Source: an uncultured Peptoclostridium sp. (GTDB lineage: Bacteria > Bacillota > Clostridia > Peptostreptococcales > Peptostreptococcaceae). From it: a stretch of DNA of 64,000 nt. Position numbers and translations under genes: made by a program. Each line of letters begins with the position of its first letter. Positions within the stretch are counted from its first letter, which is position 1. Below the pieces are notes generated by a model. That model ran no database searches. It was not told where the DNA came from and worked only from the letters and a program-made list of their open reading frames with translations. The stretch spans positions 25,401 to 89,400 of the forward strand of contig CBDULP010000004.1 in the NCBI GenBank assembly GCA_965368085.1. The letters run 5' to 3'. Positions 1 through 9,884 of this stretch are shown here, piece after piece.

Positions 1-1052
1 GATGCAATTGTTCCATTTCTACGGCTTATATCTTTAAACGGAGATCCTACGCATACTTCGCTTATAACTGTCTTCAAATTGGGATTTCCAGTTGTAGCCA
101 TTGCATTTGCAGTGTAGCCCAAATATGATGCTCCAAAGGCTCCTACATTGCCGTCGCACCATTGTTGCCCAGCCACCCAGTCAATCAAGTCATTTCCATC
201 GTTTTTTTCATTCTGATAAACCAGCAACTCTCCTTCGCTGTCACCAAGGCCTCTTACATCTTGCACAACAAGAGCATATCCACGATTCACCAAATGAAGC
301 AAATTTCTTGCATTGCCTTCTTTTCCATATGGAGTTCTCACTATTATAGCAGGCACCTTTTCACCTTGTTTTGTGCTTGTAGGCAAATATACATTTGTAC
401 CTAATTTTACGCCGTCACTCATAGTTATATAAATCAGCCCGGATGGTATAATACCATTTTCCGCTTTAGACAACAGCGGATCTTGATATTTGGTTAGAGG
501 CGTTACATTTTCAAATCCTCTTTTCACCAATATATCCATAGAGTATCTTCCCGTTTGAATAAAAGCGACAACTTCGTTGTCCACAGTAATTACGTCTATG
601 TTATTTTCATCGCCAAGATCTCTTCTCGCCCACAATTGAGATGTCACTTGTTTTTTTCCTACTTGACCCGTGTATGTGATATATTTATTGAACTTTTTGC
701 CATTACCAGTACTCACTTGATCCTTGTCCCATCTTGTATTTGCAAAATGGTCGAGTTCCTCATATAAATCTTGGATTTCCATTCTATCAACTGAATTTCT
801 GCCCAACTCGTTTCTTTTATATTGTTCTCTTGTCTTTGGATCAATTTTAGTAAAATCGATTCCGCCTTTTTTAAATTTAACCATGCCTTGGTATACACCT
901 GATGTATACAAATCGTACTCCTGATCAACAAAGTAATTGTTCATTGAATCATCACTTGTTTTGCCAAAATCCATTTCTTCAGCAAATACGCCAATATTCA
1001 TGCTTAGCAGAATGCTTACCATTAAAAAAAGGCTCAGCACTTTCTTTTTCAT
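1..1052 (-). CDS. CocE/NonD-family (S15 X-Pro dipeptidyl-peptidase-like) alpha/beta hydrolase, N-terminal part; 3' end runs off the window
   Basis: Absent from the ORF track because the frame is open to position 1. Hand translation from ATG at 1052 gives MKKKVLSLFLMVSILLSMNIGVFA (signal peptide) ... VPAIIVRTPYGKEGNARNLLHLVNRGYALVVQDVRGLGDSEGE ... DLIDWVAGQQWCDGNVGAFGASYLGYTA (GxSYxG nucleophile elbow). This is the CocE/NonD pattern. The + strand ORFs at 101-1165 are antisense artefacts. Confidence 0.7.
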   Translation of the reverse strand, partial: MKKKVLSLFLMVSILLSMNIGVFAEEMDFGKTSDDSMNNYFVDQEYDLYTSGVYQGMVKFKKGGIDFTKIDPKTREQYKRNELGRNSVDRMEIQDLYEELDHFANTRWDKDQVSTGNGKKFNKYITYTGQVGKKQVTSQLWARRDLGDENNIDVITVDNEVVAFIQTGRYSMDILVKRGFENVTPLTKYQDPLLSKAENGIIPSGLIYITMSDGVKLGTNVYLPTSTKQGEKVPAIIVRTPYGKEGNARNLLHLVNRGYALVVQDVRGLGDSEGELLVYQNEKNDGNDLIDWVAGQQWCDGNVGAFGASYLGYTANAMATTGNPNLKTVISEVCVGSPFKDISRRNGTIA

Positions 1053-1348
1053 TTTTATTCATCTCCATTCCATTAGATATTCCAGCTTGCATATTCTATA
1101 TTACAATTCCCTCTCCATCTGTACATATGCCTAAGTTACCTGATACATTAAGTCCCCCAAATTGAAATGTCCAATTTATGATTCGGCACCAAGCATCAAC
1201 AGGAAATACATTCGAAAAAATGCTAAACCAAACGTCCTCTTTGCTATTACTTTTTGCTATAACTTGAATGTTACCACACTAGAATCAACTTATCCATTCA
1301 ATCACATTACAATAAACTCGCATTTTTGTCACATATGAGTTTGTTCTT

Positions 1349-2467
1349 CTATATCCTCAATCCCTTTTCCTTGTCAAAAAAATACAAACGATTCTCATCA
1401 AAGGTCAAACGAATTTTTTCTCCAATGTATATATCCGCTTCATTTTTAACACTAAACGTTATTGATGAATCTCCCGCATCTAAAAAAACATGCTTTTCAG
1501 CACCTAAATATTCAATTGTGTCCACTGTCCCGGTTATGGTATTTCTTCCCATTCCTAAGCCTATGCAATTTTTTTCTGTTTCCCAAGATAATCCTTCTGT
1601 TCGAATTCCAACAATAAGCGTTTTCACACTGCCTATGTTTCTTTTTATTTTTTCCATTTTTTCCTCATCTAAATAAATTGCATTTTCCCCATAAACTAAT
1701 TCATCGACACCTGAACTATTTGTTCTTATTTTAACCTCAATAAAATTCATCTGAGGACTGCCTATGAAACTTGCAACAAATAAATTTTTAGGATTTTCAT
1801 AGACTTCTCTCGGAGAGCCTGCTTGCTGTAATATTCCGTCTTTCATAATTACAATTTTGCTTCCCATAGTCATGGCTTCCGTTTGATCGTGTGTTACATA
1901 TATAAATGTAGTGTCAAGTCTTTTATGTAGCTTTGTAATCTCATGACGCATTTGTACCCTTAGCTTTGCATCCAAATTCGATAATGGCTCATCCATAAGA
2001 AATACTTTTGGATTTCTCACGATAGCTCTGCCAAGAGCGACTCTTTGCCTTTGACCGCCTGAGAGTTGCTTGGGTTTTCTGTCTAATAAATTTTCAATTT
2101 TTAATATTCCAGCAGTTTCTTTTACTTTTCTATTGATTTCCTCCTTCTTCACCCCTGCCAATTCAAGAGCAAATGACATGTTTTTATATACACTCATATG
2201 CGGATACAGCGCATAATTTTGAAATACCATCGCAATATTCCTATCCTTTGAAGGAACATCATTTACAACATTTCCCTCAATCAACAGTTCTCCTGCTGAA
2301 ATACCTTCAAGCCCTGCAATCATTCTAAGTGTTGTTGACTTACCGCATCCAGAAGGTCCAACCAAAACTACAAAATCTTTATCTTCTATTTCAAGACTCA
2401 AATTTTTTACCGCCTCAACGCTCCCGTCATAAGTTTTATTTATATTTTTAAGCGTTACACTAGCCAT
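1349..2467 (-). CDS. Sugar ABC transporter ATP-binding protein (MsmX/MalK/UgpC type)
   Basis: Walker A GPSGCGKST, signature LSGGQRQRV, Walker B FLMDEPLSNLD, and a roughly 130-aa C-terminal MalK-type regulatory extension. Confidence 0.9.
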   Translation of the reverse strand: MASVTLKNINKTYDGSVEAVKNLSLEIEDKDFVVLVGPSGCGKSTTLRMIAGLEGISAGELLIEGNVVNDVPSKDRNIAMVFQNYALYPHMSVYKNMSFALELAGVKKEEINRKVKETAGILKIENLLDRKPKQLSGGQRQRVALGRAIVRNPKVFLMDEPLSNLDAKLRVQMRHEITKLHKRLDTTFIYVTHDQTEAMTMGSKIVIMKDGILQQAGSPREVYENPKNLFVASFIGSPQMNFIEVKIRTNSSGVDELVYGENAIYLDEEKMEKIKRNIGSVKTLIVGIRTEGLSWETEKNCIGLGMGRNTITGTVDTIEYLGAEKHVFLDAGDSSITFSVKNEADIYIGEKIRLTFDENRLYFFDKEKGLRI

Positions 2468-2574
2468 AATACACCTCGTTTATATTAGCAACAAGCATAA
2501 TCCCTGTTATTTTGTAAAAGCAACTTTCAATCCATGTCGGCAAAACCGCCTGAATAAACAATCTGTTTACACTG

Positions 2575-3858
2575 TTAAGAAGGCTCATCACTGTTGCCGC
2601 ACAACTGTTCCATGAACATTGTCAATCCAAATAAAATAACAATATTTGTATCCGGCATAAAATTAATCCTGTATTTAAAACTAAGGCGTGCACATATACA
2701 GGCAAAAGTACTAGTTACAATCCATACGTGCTTGTAATCCATGTTGCTTCCTCGGTATCTCCGTTGAAAATACAATAAAACACCGCAAATAATATAATTA
2801 ACTGTAGCAATTGTAGTTATCAAGTTTAAAAAATAATATTTGCTTGTTATATAAACATTGCTCATATGAAACAAATCGAACCATATTTTTTTAAAATTTT
2901 CCTCATAAAACTTACAAGTTATTACATCTTCTTTCAAAATCAAATCCACTGGCAAATGTTCATAATTTATTGTTCCAAATAAATACCGCATAAAAACAAA
3001 ACAGCTTACCACTATTACAATTTCAATGCTCACCTTTTCTTTAGCCAGATTCTTCACGCCATTATTTTTAGTATGCAAAATCAAGCTCTTAATTCTTTGA
3101 ACTATACTATTAGCAATATCCTTTATTAAAAAAAATGCCATAAAGAAAACCAGGACGCTTTCCATTGTATGTATCGAATTTGTTTTTTTGTCGATGTCCT
3201 TAATAATATAAGTGTCTGGATCAATCCCATAATTATTCAAAACAGAAGCAATATAATCCTCCTGTATATCAGCTCCAGCTTTATCCTTCTTGTTGATATA
3301 AATGGCTTCAATTTGAACAAAACCTTCCGTATCAACCATTTCTGCCAAATGAATATAAGCAGCTTCTTCAGGTGCCAGCATATCAAATGCATTTTTTCCA
3401 TAAACACCCACAATTTCAGACCTCAAACCATTTTTTTTGATTTCCAGTCCAACAGCTTCATCTTGATTAAATAGATTCCTTGCGATCTTTGACGATATAA
3501 CTATGGCATTGTTTTCTCCGTCATATGAATCTTTTATAAACCTGCCGCTTTGTATCCCACTCTTAAAATAGTTTTCATAATTGCCATATACGCCTTTTAT
3601 TTCAACCTCTTTTTTATTGCTATAGCTGGCTAGGTCAGCTTTTGCTCTCCCCGTTATGACTATATCTGAATTGAGGGCATCTTCTATCAAATTCAAGTCT
3701 TTGTAATTTATTTTCAAGTCGATGGCTTTTTTTGACAGTTCATACATGGGCTCTTTCGTATTAAAATACGTGGATATGCTGGTAATCAAAATTTGATTTA
3801 TCATAAATAGAAAAATTAAAATAACAAGTGTGTTTACCGATACATTTTTTAATTTCAC
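2575..3858 (-). CDS. Membrane protein with MacB-like periplasmic core domain (divergent FtsX/MacB-type permease-like)
   Basis: N-terminal TM helix, then a roughly 200-aa extracytoplasmic segment with a MacB-PCD-like pattern (GRFIKDSYDGENNAIVISSKIARNLF ... GLEIKKNGLRSEIVGVYGKN), then several C-terminal TM helices. A canonical FtsX motif could not be confirmed by eye. Confidence 0.45.
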   Translation of the reverse strand: MKLKNVSVNTLVILIFLFMINQILITSISTYFNTKEPMYELSKKAIDLKINYKDLNLIEDALNSDIVITGRAKADLASYSNKKEVEIKGVYGNYENYFKSGIQSGRFIKDSYDGENNAIVISSKIARNLFNQDEAVGLEIKKNGLRSEIVGVYGKNAFDMLAPEEAAYIHLAEMVDTEGFVQIEAIYINKKDKAGADIQEDYIASVLNNYGIDPDTYIIKDIDKKTNSIHTMESVLVFFMAFFLIKDIANSIVQRIKSLILHTKNNGVKNLAKEKVSIEIVIVVSCFVFMRYLFGTINYEHLPVDLILKEDVITCKFYEENFKKIWFDLFHMSNVYITSKYYFLNLITTIATVNYIICGVLLYFQRRYRGSNMDYKHVWIVTSTFACICARLSFKYRINFMPDTNIVILFGLTMFMEQLCGNSDEPS

Positions 3859-3873
3859 TTTATTACCCTCTTT

Positions 3874-5085
3874 CTATTTTTCAATAACTCTGCCATTTTC
3901 TTTTAAATCCAATTCTCCAGCATTGCCTACCACTTTGTCTCCAAAAGCCAATCCACTTGCAATAGCCGAACTTTTCAAGTCTTCGTCAGAAATTGTAACT
4001 AATGCCTTTTCCACATAAAATTCCTTTCCAAAGGATTTTTCTTCTGTCCTGATTTTCCAGACAAAAGTTTCTCCAGTAGCCTCCTTGCCTACGGCACTTT
4101 TGGGAATTACCATGTCATAAATTTTTGAAGTTTTTACCGCATTTATAGTAACTGTTTCATCTCCTGCCAATAAATCATTATTTAGTAAAAAGCAAACCTC
4201 TTTTTTATTTTCCGGGTCTTCCTTGTCATCCACTATTCCCTTGACTTCTGCCTCAATTTCCAAATCGCCTAAAGCTGACGCTTTCATCTTTTCGCCAATT
4301 TCAACATATTTTGCCACTTGCTTCGGTATGACAATTCTTAATTCAAAACCTGAATTCCTGTCTTTAATGTCCAGCAGTTTTTCATTTTCACCCATTGTGA
4401 CACCAATCCTTGCATATATGTTATTTACAACCCCGGCTGTTGGAGCTTTTATGTAATAATTGTCGTTTTTAATTTTTTTGATTTTTTCGAATTCTGTATT
4501 TTTAGTATTGTATAACTGCTTGGCGTTTAAAAATTCTTTTTCTTTTTCCTTGCTGTTTTGAACTGTTTTATTTTTCAAATCCAATTCAGACAGCTCCAAA
4601 TCCGCTTTGCTTTTTTCCAGCTCATTTTTCGAAACTGCGCCATTTTCAAATAAAACCAGATTATCTTCATATTTCTTTTTTGCCTGATTATATTCTATCT
4701 CCGCTTTCATTAAACCCTCTTGTTTATTTATCTGTGCAATTTCATAATCTAGTTTTGCAATTTCAACTTCATTCTCTTTGCTGGTGAACAACTCATCTAC
4801 ACTGTCTTTATTTAATTCCACCAGATTTTGGCCTTTCTCTACTTTCTGACCTTCTCTCACCAAAATATTGTCTATTTTGACCAAATTCACACCCTCTACA
4901 AGCACATTTTTTACTGCTGTAAGTTTGCCGCTTGACTTTATCTGGAATTTTAATGAATTCGATTTCACACCCTCGACATCCACTTGCGGCAGAGCCATAT
5001 TGGTCAGGCTGTTGGACAATATAGTCAATACAAACATGGCAAGAAAATATTTTAAAATCATTTTCCTTATCTTTTTTTTATCCAT
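3874..5085 (-). CDS. HlyD-family / membrane-fusion (periplasmic adaptor) protein
   Basis: N-terminal membrane anchor and a long Lys/Glu-rich coiled-coil hairpin (about residues 95-215) flanked by beta-rich lipoyl/barrel-like segments. This is typical MFP architecture. Confidence 0.65.
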   Translation of the reverse strand: MDKKKIRKMILKYFLAMFVLTILSNSLTNMALPQVDVEGVKSNSLKFQIKSSGKLTAVKNVLVEGVNLVKIDNILVREGQKVEKGQNLVELNKDSVDELFTSKENEVEIAKLDYEIAQINKQEGLMKAEIEYNQAKKKYEDNLVLFENGAVSKNELEKSKADLELSELDLKNKTVQNSKEKEKEFLNAKQLYNTKNTEFEKIKKIKNDNYYIKAPTAGVVNNIYARIGVTMGENEKLLDIKDRNSGFELRIVIPKQVAKYVEIGEKMKASALGDLEIEAEVKGIVDDKEDPENKKEVCFLLNNDLLAGDETVTINAVKTSKIYDMVIPKSAVGKEATGETFVWKIRTEEKSFGKEFYVEKALVTISDEDLKSSAIASGLAFGDKVVGNAGELDLKENGRVIEK

Positions 5086-5093
5086 TATTCCAC

Positions 5094-5942
5094 CTAACCC
5101 TTTAATCCACTATTTTTTACGCCTTCAATAAAATACTTTTCAGCGTATAAGTATATCAACAATACCGGTATCATATAAATTATAGCTGCGGCAAAGGCTA
5201 TCACCGATTCATCCTTGCTTACCTGCGCCAAATACAGCGATAATGGGTATTTTATTTTATCCTTTAAGAAAATCAGCGGCTGCTCCACCATATTCCAATG
5301 ATCAATAAGCAGCAGCACGCTCAGTGATGCCAAATAATTTTTCGAAAGCGGCAGAATAATTCTCAAGAATATTTGAAAATGATTTGCACCATCAATTTTT
5401 GCAGCCTCAACGTATTCATCAGGTATTTTTTTCATGAATTGCCTCATCAGAAAAACACCGAATACATTGAAAATCCCCATAAAAATAATCGACTGGAACT
5501 TGTTTATTATCCCAAAGAAATTTGCAATCAAATAATTGGGTACGGCCGTAACTTGAAAAGGCAGCAACATCAACAAGATATATGTATAAAAAATCTTCTC
5601 TCTAAAAGGAAATTTGATTTTTGAAAATCCGTAGGCCGCAAGCGATGATATCATGACCTGCCCAGCAATTATAGGAAAAACCATTATAACTGAATTCCAA
5701 AACATTTTTAAAAACTGCGGTTTCAATATTAACACTTGATAATACTGTTTCAGGCTTATCCAGTTCGGAAAAAACTTTATCCCTTGAAATTGTTCTCCAT
5801 TTGCTCCGCTAAGTATTGTTTCATACTGGTTCTTGACTTCATTCGGCTCCATGAATGAATTTAAAAAAGTAATAACAAGGGGCAGAACAAATGCTATTGC
5901 AATCACTCCAACAAAAATGCTCAATATTATCTTTTTTTTCAT
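5094..5942 (-). CDS. Carbohydrate ABC transporter permease (MalG-like, CUT1)
   Basis: Six predicted TM helices and the EAA loop EAAKIDGANHFQIFLRIILPL. Confidence 0.9.
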   Translation of the reverse strand: MKKKIILSIFVGVIAIAFVLPLVITFLNSFMEPNEVKNQYETILSGANGEQFQGIKFFPNWISLKQYYQVLILKPQFLKMFWNSVIMVFPIIAGQVMISSLAAYGFSKIKFPFREKIFYTYILLMLLPFQVTAVPNYLIANFFGIINKFQSIIFMGIFNVFGVFLMRQFMKKIPDEYVEAAKIDGANHFQIFLRIILPLSKNYLASLSVLLLIDHWNMVEQPLIFLKDKIKYPLSLYLAQVSKDESVIAFAAAIIYMIPVLLIYLYAEKYFIEGVKNSGLKG

Positions 5943-5951
5943 TTACCCCAC

Positions 5952-6848
5952 CTACTCCTCCAATTTTTTTTCTAATACCCTCCATAAAACCACCAGCATG
6001 AATATAAAAAACATTAAATATATTGCGCTTACAGAAAGTTTTTGATAATCCATGACATTAAATAAGTTATTAATATAATGCTGAATCATGTAAATGTCCT
6101 CCTGGGGATACTCCCCGCTTATCAAAAAAATTTCTCTGAATATCCGAAATGAATTGGTGATTGAAATAATAAAAATGAAAAATGTTGTTGGCAATATGTT
6201 TATTAGCGTAATATGTTTAAACATAAGCCATTTATTTGCGCCGTCAATACTTGCGGCTTCGTATTGCTCCTTAGGTATGCTTTGCAGCGCCGCCAAAAAT
6301 AGCACCATATTATATCCGATATTTTTCCAAATAAAAAAAATGATAACCAAAATCCTTGAATACTTTGAATTCATCCAGTCTACAGGAGTGAGCCCAAGTG
6401 CTGTAACGGCATTGTTCAAAGCCCCGTTAAAATTAAACAGCAAGTCCCATACCATAAGTACGGATACTGATGGCACTATTAAGGGAATCATAAAGCATAT
6501 CCTAAAAATATTTCTTAAAAACAAGGGCTTGTTCAGAATCATTGCAAGCAATAAAGACAATACCATTATCAAGGAAATACTGATTCCGATAAATGCAAAA
6601 GTGTTTTTCATGGCCCTTAGAAACATTTCATTATGCCAAATGCTTATATAGTTGTTTAATCCCACAAATGTTTTATTCATGGGATTTTTTATCATGGAAT
6701 AGTAAAATATTATCATCATAGGAAATAAGAAAAAAACGCACTGTCCAATAACGCTAGGCAGAATAAAACCTAAGCCAAACTTACTCTCCATGTTTTGAAT
6801 TTTTCTTATTTCCTTCAAAGTACCCCTCCTTAATTTCCATCTGGACAT
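5952..6848 (-). CDS. Sugar ABC transporter permease (MalF-like, CUT1)
   Basis: Multi-TM protein with the EAA loop EAASIDGANKWLMFKHITLINILP. It lies immediately upstream of the MalG-like gene. Confidence 0.9.
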   Translation of the reverse strand: MSRWKLRRGTLKEIRKIQNMESKFGLGFILPSVIGQCVFFLFPMMIIFYYSMIKNPMNKTFVGLNNYISIWHNEMFLRAMKNTFAFIGISISLIMVLSLLLAMILNKPLFLRNIFRICFMIPLIVPSVSVLMVWDLLFNFNGALNNAVTALGLTPVDWMNSKYSRILVIIFFIWKNIGYNMVLFLAALQSIPKEQYEAASIDGANKWLMFKHITLINILPTTFFIFIISITNSFRIFREIFLISGEYPQEDIYMIQHYINNLFNVMDYQKLSVSAIYLMFFIFMLVVLWRVLEKKLEE

Positions 6849-6854
6849 AAAAGC

Positions 6855-9050
6855 TTATTCTTTCAAATACGTTTGTATCTTACTGTCCAAGTCATTTTTC
6901 AATTTTTCTTTACTTATTTCACCGTTGCTGTACTTTTCAAATGCCTCCGTTATAATCAATTCAATTTGAGGATCCAGGTTGATGCTGATTTTTGCATTTT
7001 CCAATATTCTTTTCAATTCTTCTCCTGTTTCTTTTCCTATAGGGTGATTGTATAGCACTAGATCATCTGAAATAAAAACAAACGGCTTTTTCTCCATATC
7101 TTTTAGCTTATCTATCACGCCTTCGTTTATCTCAATGACCGGATTAAACGAATAGTAATAACCATCCAATCCAAACTTTTGGGATATGTATTTCATAAAC
7201 TTCCATGCAATATCTTTGTTTTCCGACATCCTGTTCAATCCATATCCATTCGCATTGAATGCATATTCACCAAGGCTTTGTTCAAGTGGAACAGGACAAA
7301 TTTTAAAGTCATCCCTGTAATTCTTCATTTCTGTAACACTTTCAAAGCCATAAAGTTCAATCACGGGTGCCACCTCAAATACGAGTTCCGTTTCTCTTCC
7401 ACTTTTTTTTGCATCTAACATATCCATATCTTTGCTCATCAATTCTCCATTCGCTATCGTTTCCACATCTTCTATCAGATTGTCAAAGGTCGCATCGTTA
7501 AAATTTGTTGTATTGTCTTTATAGTTGATCCAATTTTGCATTTCAGGTAAAAACAGAGCCTTTATCAGTCCTGCTTTTTCCATTTTTGCCAAACAGGGAT
7601 TATCTCTGTTTGATTTTAACTCTCGCATCATATTTATAAAATCATTTCTGGTAAATGTTTCTTGATCCATTTCCAGCTTATATTGCTTCAATGAATTCTT
7701 GTCAACAACCAATCCGCTTATTGTGAATGAATATGGCAATGCATAATATTTGCCGTCGTACTTGAATCCATCTAATACATTTTCATAATACTGACTGCTT
7801 TCATTCCCGTCCATATATTCGTTTAGTTCTTGAAAAACCCCATTTTTCATAAATTTGCTCATTGGAAGGTATTGCGTAGGGATCAGGTCATCCCCCTCTC
7901 CAGACATCATTTCTGTATTGATTTTTTTCAAATAATCCGAAGATGTTTCCTTTGTATAGTTGTAATTGTTGACTTCAATTATAACTTCTGGATTTTCTTT
8001 CATGAATTCTGTTGCCAAAATTTTCAATGCCAGCTTTTCATCCTCACTGTTCGCTCCAACGCTCACTAGCTTTTTACCGGACCCCGGTTTGCTTCCTTCT
8101 TTTTTCACCAGTGTTACATTGGCGAACTCCGCCTGTTCTTTCGAAATAATCATGCAGGTTAAAACTATGTCTTCATTTTCACCGATTGCAAGACTTAAGA
8201 TTTCTAAATTGTTTAGGAATATAGGAAAATCAATGCTGTTTCCCAGTGATTTCACCTTGTTTCCCTTTTCATCATAGCTTTTGAGCTCCAACTGACTGGA
8301 CAGGTAAACAATTTCATTTTTATTTTTATCATAATCTATTTTTGCATACACAACCTCATTGTCCGTTTCAACTTTAAAGTCATAATCATTCTTTCCTAAT
8401 TCTTTTTTTATCAGAAAAGTTTCATCATTTTCCTCAATTGCTGCATAAATGCAGTCACCCACTTTTACATAATCTAAAACTTTGTTTTTTATTATTGTGC
8501 CGATTTGTTTTCCTGTAGAGTCTGTCTCTATCAATAAGGTATTGTCATTTACATACATAAAGCCATTTTCTTGTGTAGCGTAAATCTGATTAAATCCGCC
8601 CATGGGAAATCCTATGCTATCATTATCGCTTACGGGGACTTCTTCTTCTTTTTTACCATTCTTGTCGAATTTCCAAATATTATGCTTTTTCTCTTCATTC
8701 CCTATTTGAGGTCCGATTTCATAAGCATCAACATAAATGTTCTCTTCGTCATCAACTCCCATACCATTAATGAATCTCTTCGTTTCCTCTGGAATATCCA
8801 GTTTAATCTCATTTTCCAATACACCCGTCGAGTCATACTTTTTTATGCTATTATCCTCAAACAGTGTATACATGCTGCCGTTTTCAGATTTTACCGTCCC
8901 GCGAATTTTCAATTCACTCTCATCAGGCTCTCCCTGCTCGTAATAATAAGAATCTTTGCCACAACCGCAGCCTAAAACCATCGTTATAGCCAATACTGCC
9001 AATAATACAAGCACCTTAATCTTATTCAAATCCACCCACTCCCGGTTCAT
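6855..9050 (-). CDS. Lipoprotein: about 330-aa N-terminal domain of unknown fold fused to a family-1 extracellular solute-binding domain
   Basis: Lipobox-like LGCGCG after the signal sequence. The C-terminal ~400 aa (KKLVSVGANSEDEKLALKILATEFMKENPEVIIEVNNY ... YYALPYSF ... AWKFMKYI) resembles sugar SBPs. The N-terminal part is beta-rich (repeated short strands with Asp/Asn/Gly turns). Confidence 0.6.
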   Translation of the reverse strand: MNREWVDLNKIKVLVLLAVLAITMVLGCGCGKDSYYYEQGEPDESELKIRGTVKSENGSMYTLFEDNSIKKYDSTGVLENEIKLDIPEETKRFINGMGVDDEENIYVDAYEIGPQIGNEEKKHNIWKFDKNGKKEEEVPVSDNDSIGFPMGGFNQIYATQENGFMYVNDNTLLIETDSTGKQIGTIIKNKVLDYVKVGDCIYAAIEENDETFLIKKELGKNDYDFKVETDNEVVYAKIDYDKNKNEIVYLSSQLELKSYDEKGNKVKSLGNSIDFPIFLNNLEILSLAIGENEDIVLTCMIISKEQAEFANVTLVKKEGSKPGSGKKLVSVGANSEDEKLALKILATEFMKENPEVIIEVNNYNYTKETSSDYLKKINTEMMSGEGDDLIPTQYLPMSKFMKNGVFQELNEYMDGNESSQYYENVLDGFKYDGKYYALPYSFTISGLVVDKNSLKQYKLEMDQETFTRNDFINMMRELKSNRDNPCLAKMEKAGLIKALFLPEMQNWINYKDNTTNFNDATFDNLIEDVETIANGELMSKDMDMLDAKKSGRETELVFEVAPVIELYGFESVTEMKNYRDDFKICPVPLEQSLGEYAFNANGYGLNRMSENKDIAWKFMKYISQKFGLDGYYYSFNPVIEINEGVIDKLKDMEKKPFVFISDDLVLYNHPIGKETGEELKRILENAKISINLDPQIELIITEAFEKYSNGEISKEKLKNDLDSKIQTYLKE

Positions 9051-9068
9051 TATTCTTATATTTTTTAA

Positions 9069-9815
9069 TTACCTCATATGGCTTTCACCATACTCTTTAA
9101 GCTGCTCTCGCTCTTTTGGAGTTAATTTTTTATAGTCTAAATATAGATTGACCTTCTTGCTTACCTTGTCCACTGCGACATTATAGATATGGTTCTCATC
9201 ACTTACACTTGCAAAATCTAAAGACCAACCTTTTTTCGATTGGAATTCCTTGGACTGGCCTACGTACCTCACTTCATTTTCACTTTTTATAATTTTCTTA
9301 TCAACAAGGAATTTCAATATGATTTTTTTTGCTTCTTCAAGTGATATTTCATTGCCCGTTAAAGGTTTTTCATTGAAATACATATACGACCCAAAAGTAA
9401 CCGCTCCTGTATTTACATCTATCATGCAGGCGCCATAAAAATCATCTTTTTTTAACATTGTGACATTCCAATTGGGCTCCAATACAGAATATCCTCCTTC
9501 CAATGAAACATTGACTTCTATATTGTCAGCAAGCTCTACGCCAAAGTACTCCTTTTGCTTTTGTTTCGCAATTTCGATAGCTCTGTCTTTTGAGATTCTA
9601 ACATCAATTAAATCTCCATATTCATTCACTACTGTTATCTTTTCTTCTGCTTTTAAATCTTTTGCCTGTCCATTCCCCTCCAACTCGCTGGCAGATTCTT
9701 CTTTCAAAACAGATCCAGTATCAGAAACATTGCCTGCTTCAACTGTTTTCTCACCGCAACCGGCAAATATCATTGTACTCATTAAGCAAATGCACACGGC
9801 CTCTTTAATTTTCAT
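9069..9815 (-). CDS. Lipoprotein, possible PepSY-like repeats
   Basis: Signal plus lipobox (IFAGCGEK). There are two segments with an I-S-x-(D/E)-x-A-x-x-I-A/L pattern (RISKDRAIEIAKQK, ISLEEAKKIILKFL), each followed by beta strands. The domain assignment is by pattern only. Confidence 0.4.
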   Translation of the reverse strand: MKIKEAVCICLMSTMIFAGCGEKTVEAGNVSDTGSVLKEESASELEGNGQAKDLKAEEKITVVNEYGDLIDVRISKDRAIEIAKQKQKEYFGVELADNIEVNVSLEGGYSVLEPNWNVTMLKKDDFYGACMIDVNTGAVTFGSYMYFNEKPLTGNEISLEEAKKIILKFLVDKKIIKSENEVRYVGQSKEFQSKKGWSLDFASVSDENHIYNVAVDKVSKKVNLYLDYKKLTPKEREQLKEYGESHMR

Positions 9816-9884
9816 AAATTCATCCTCCTGTCAATTCCTTGTTTTCAATCCATCGGCATCATTATCGATTTTTCTCATTTCATT

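Noticed and set aside
6094-6651. 185-aa + strand ORF.
   Set aside because: It lies antisense within the MalF-like permease gene, which has a clear EAA loop. It is a shadow ORF.
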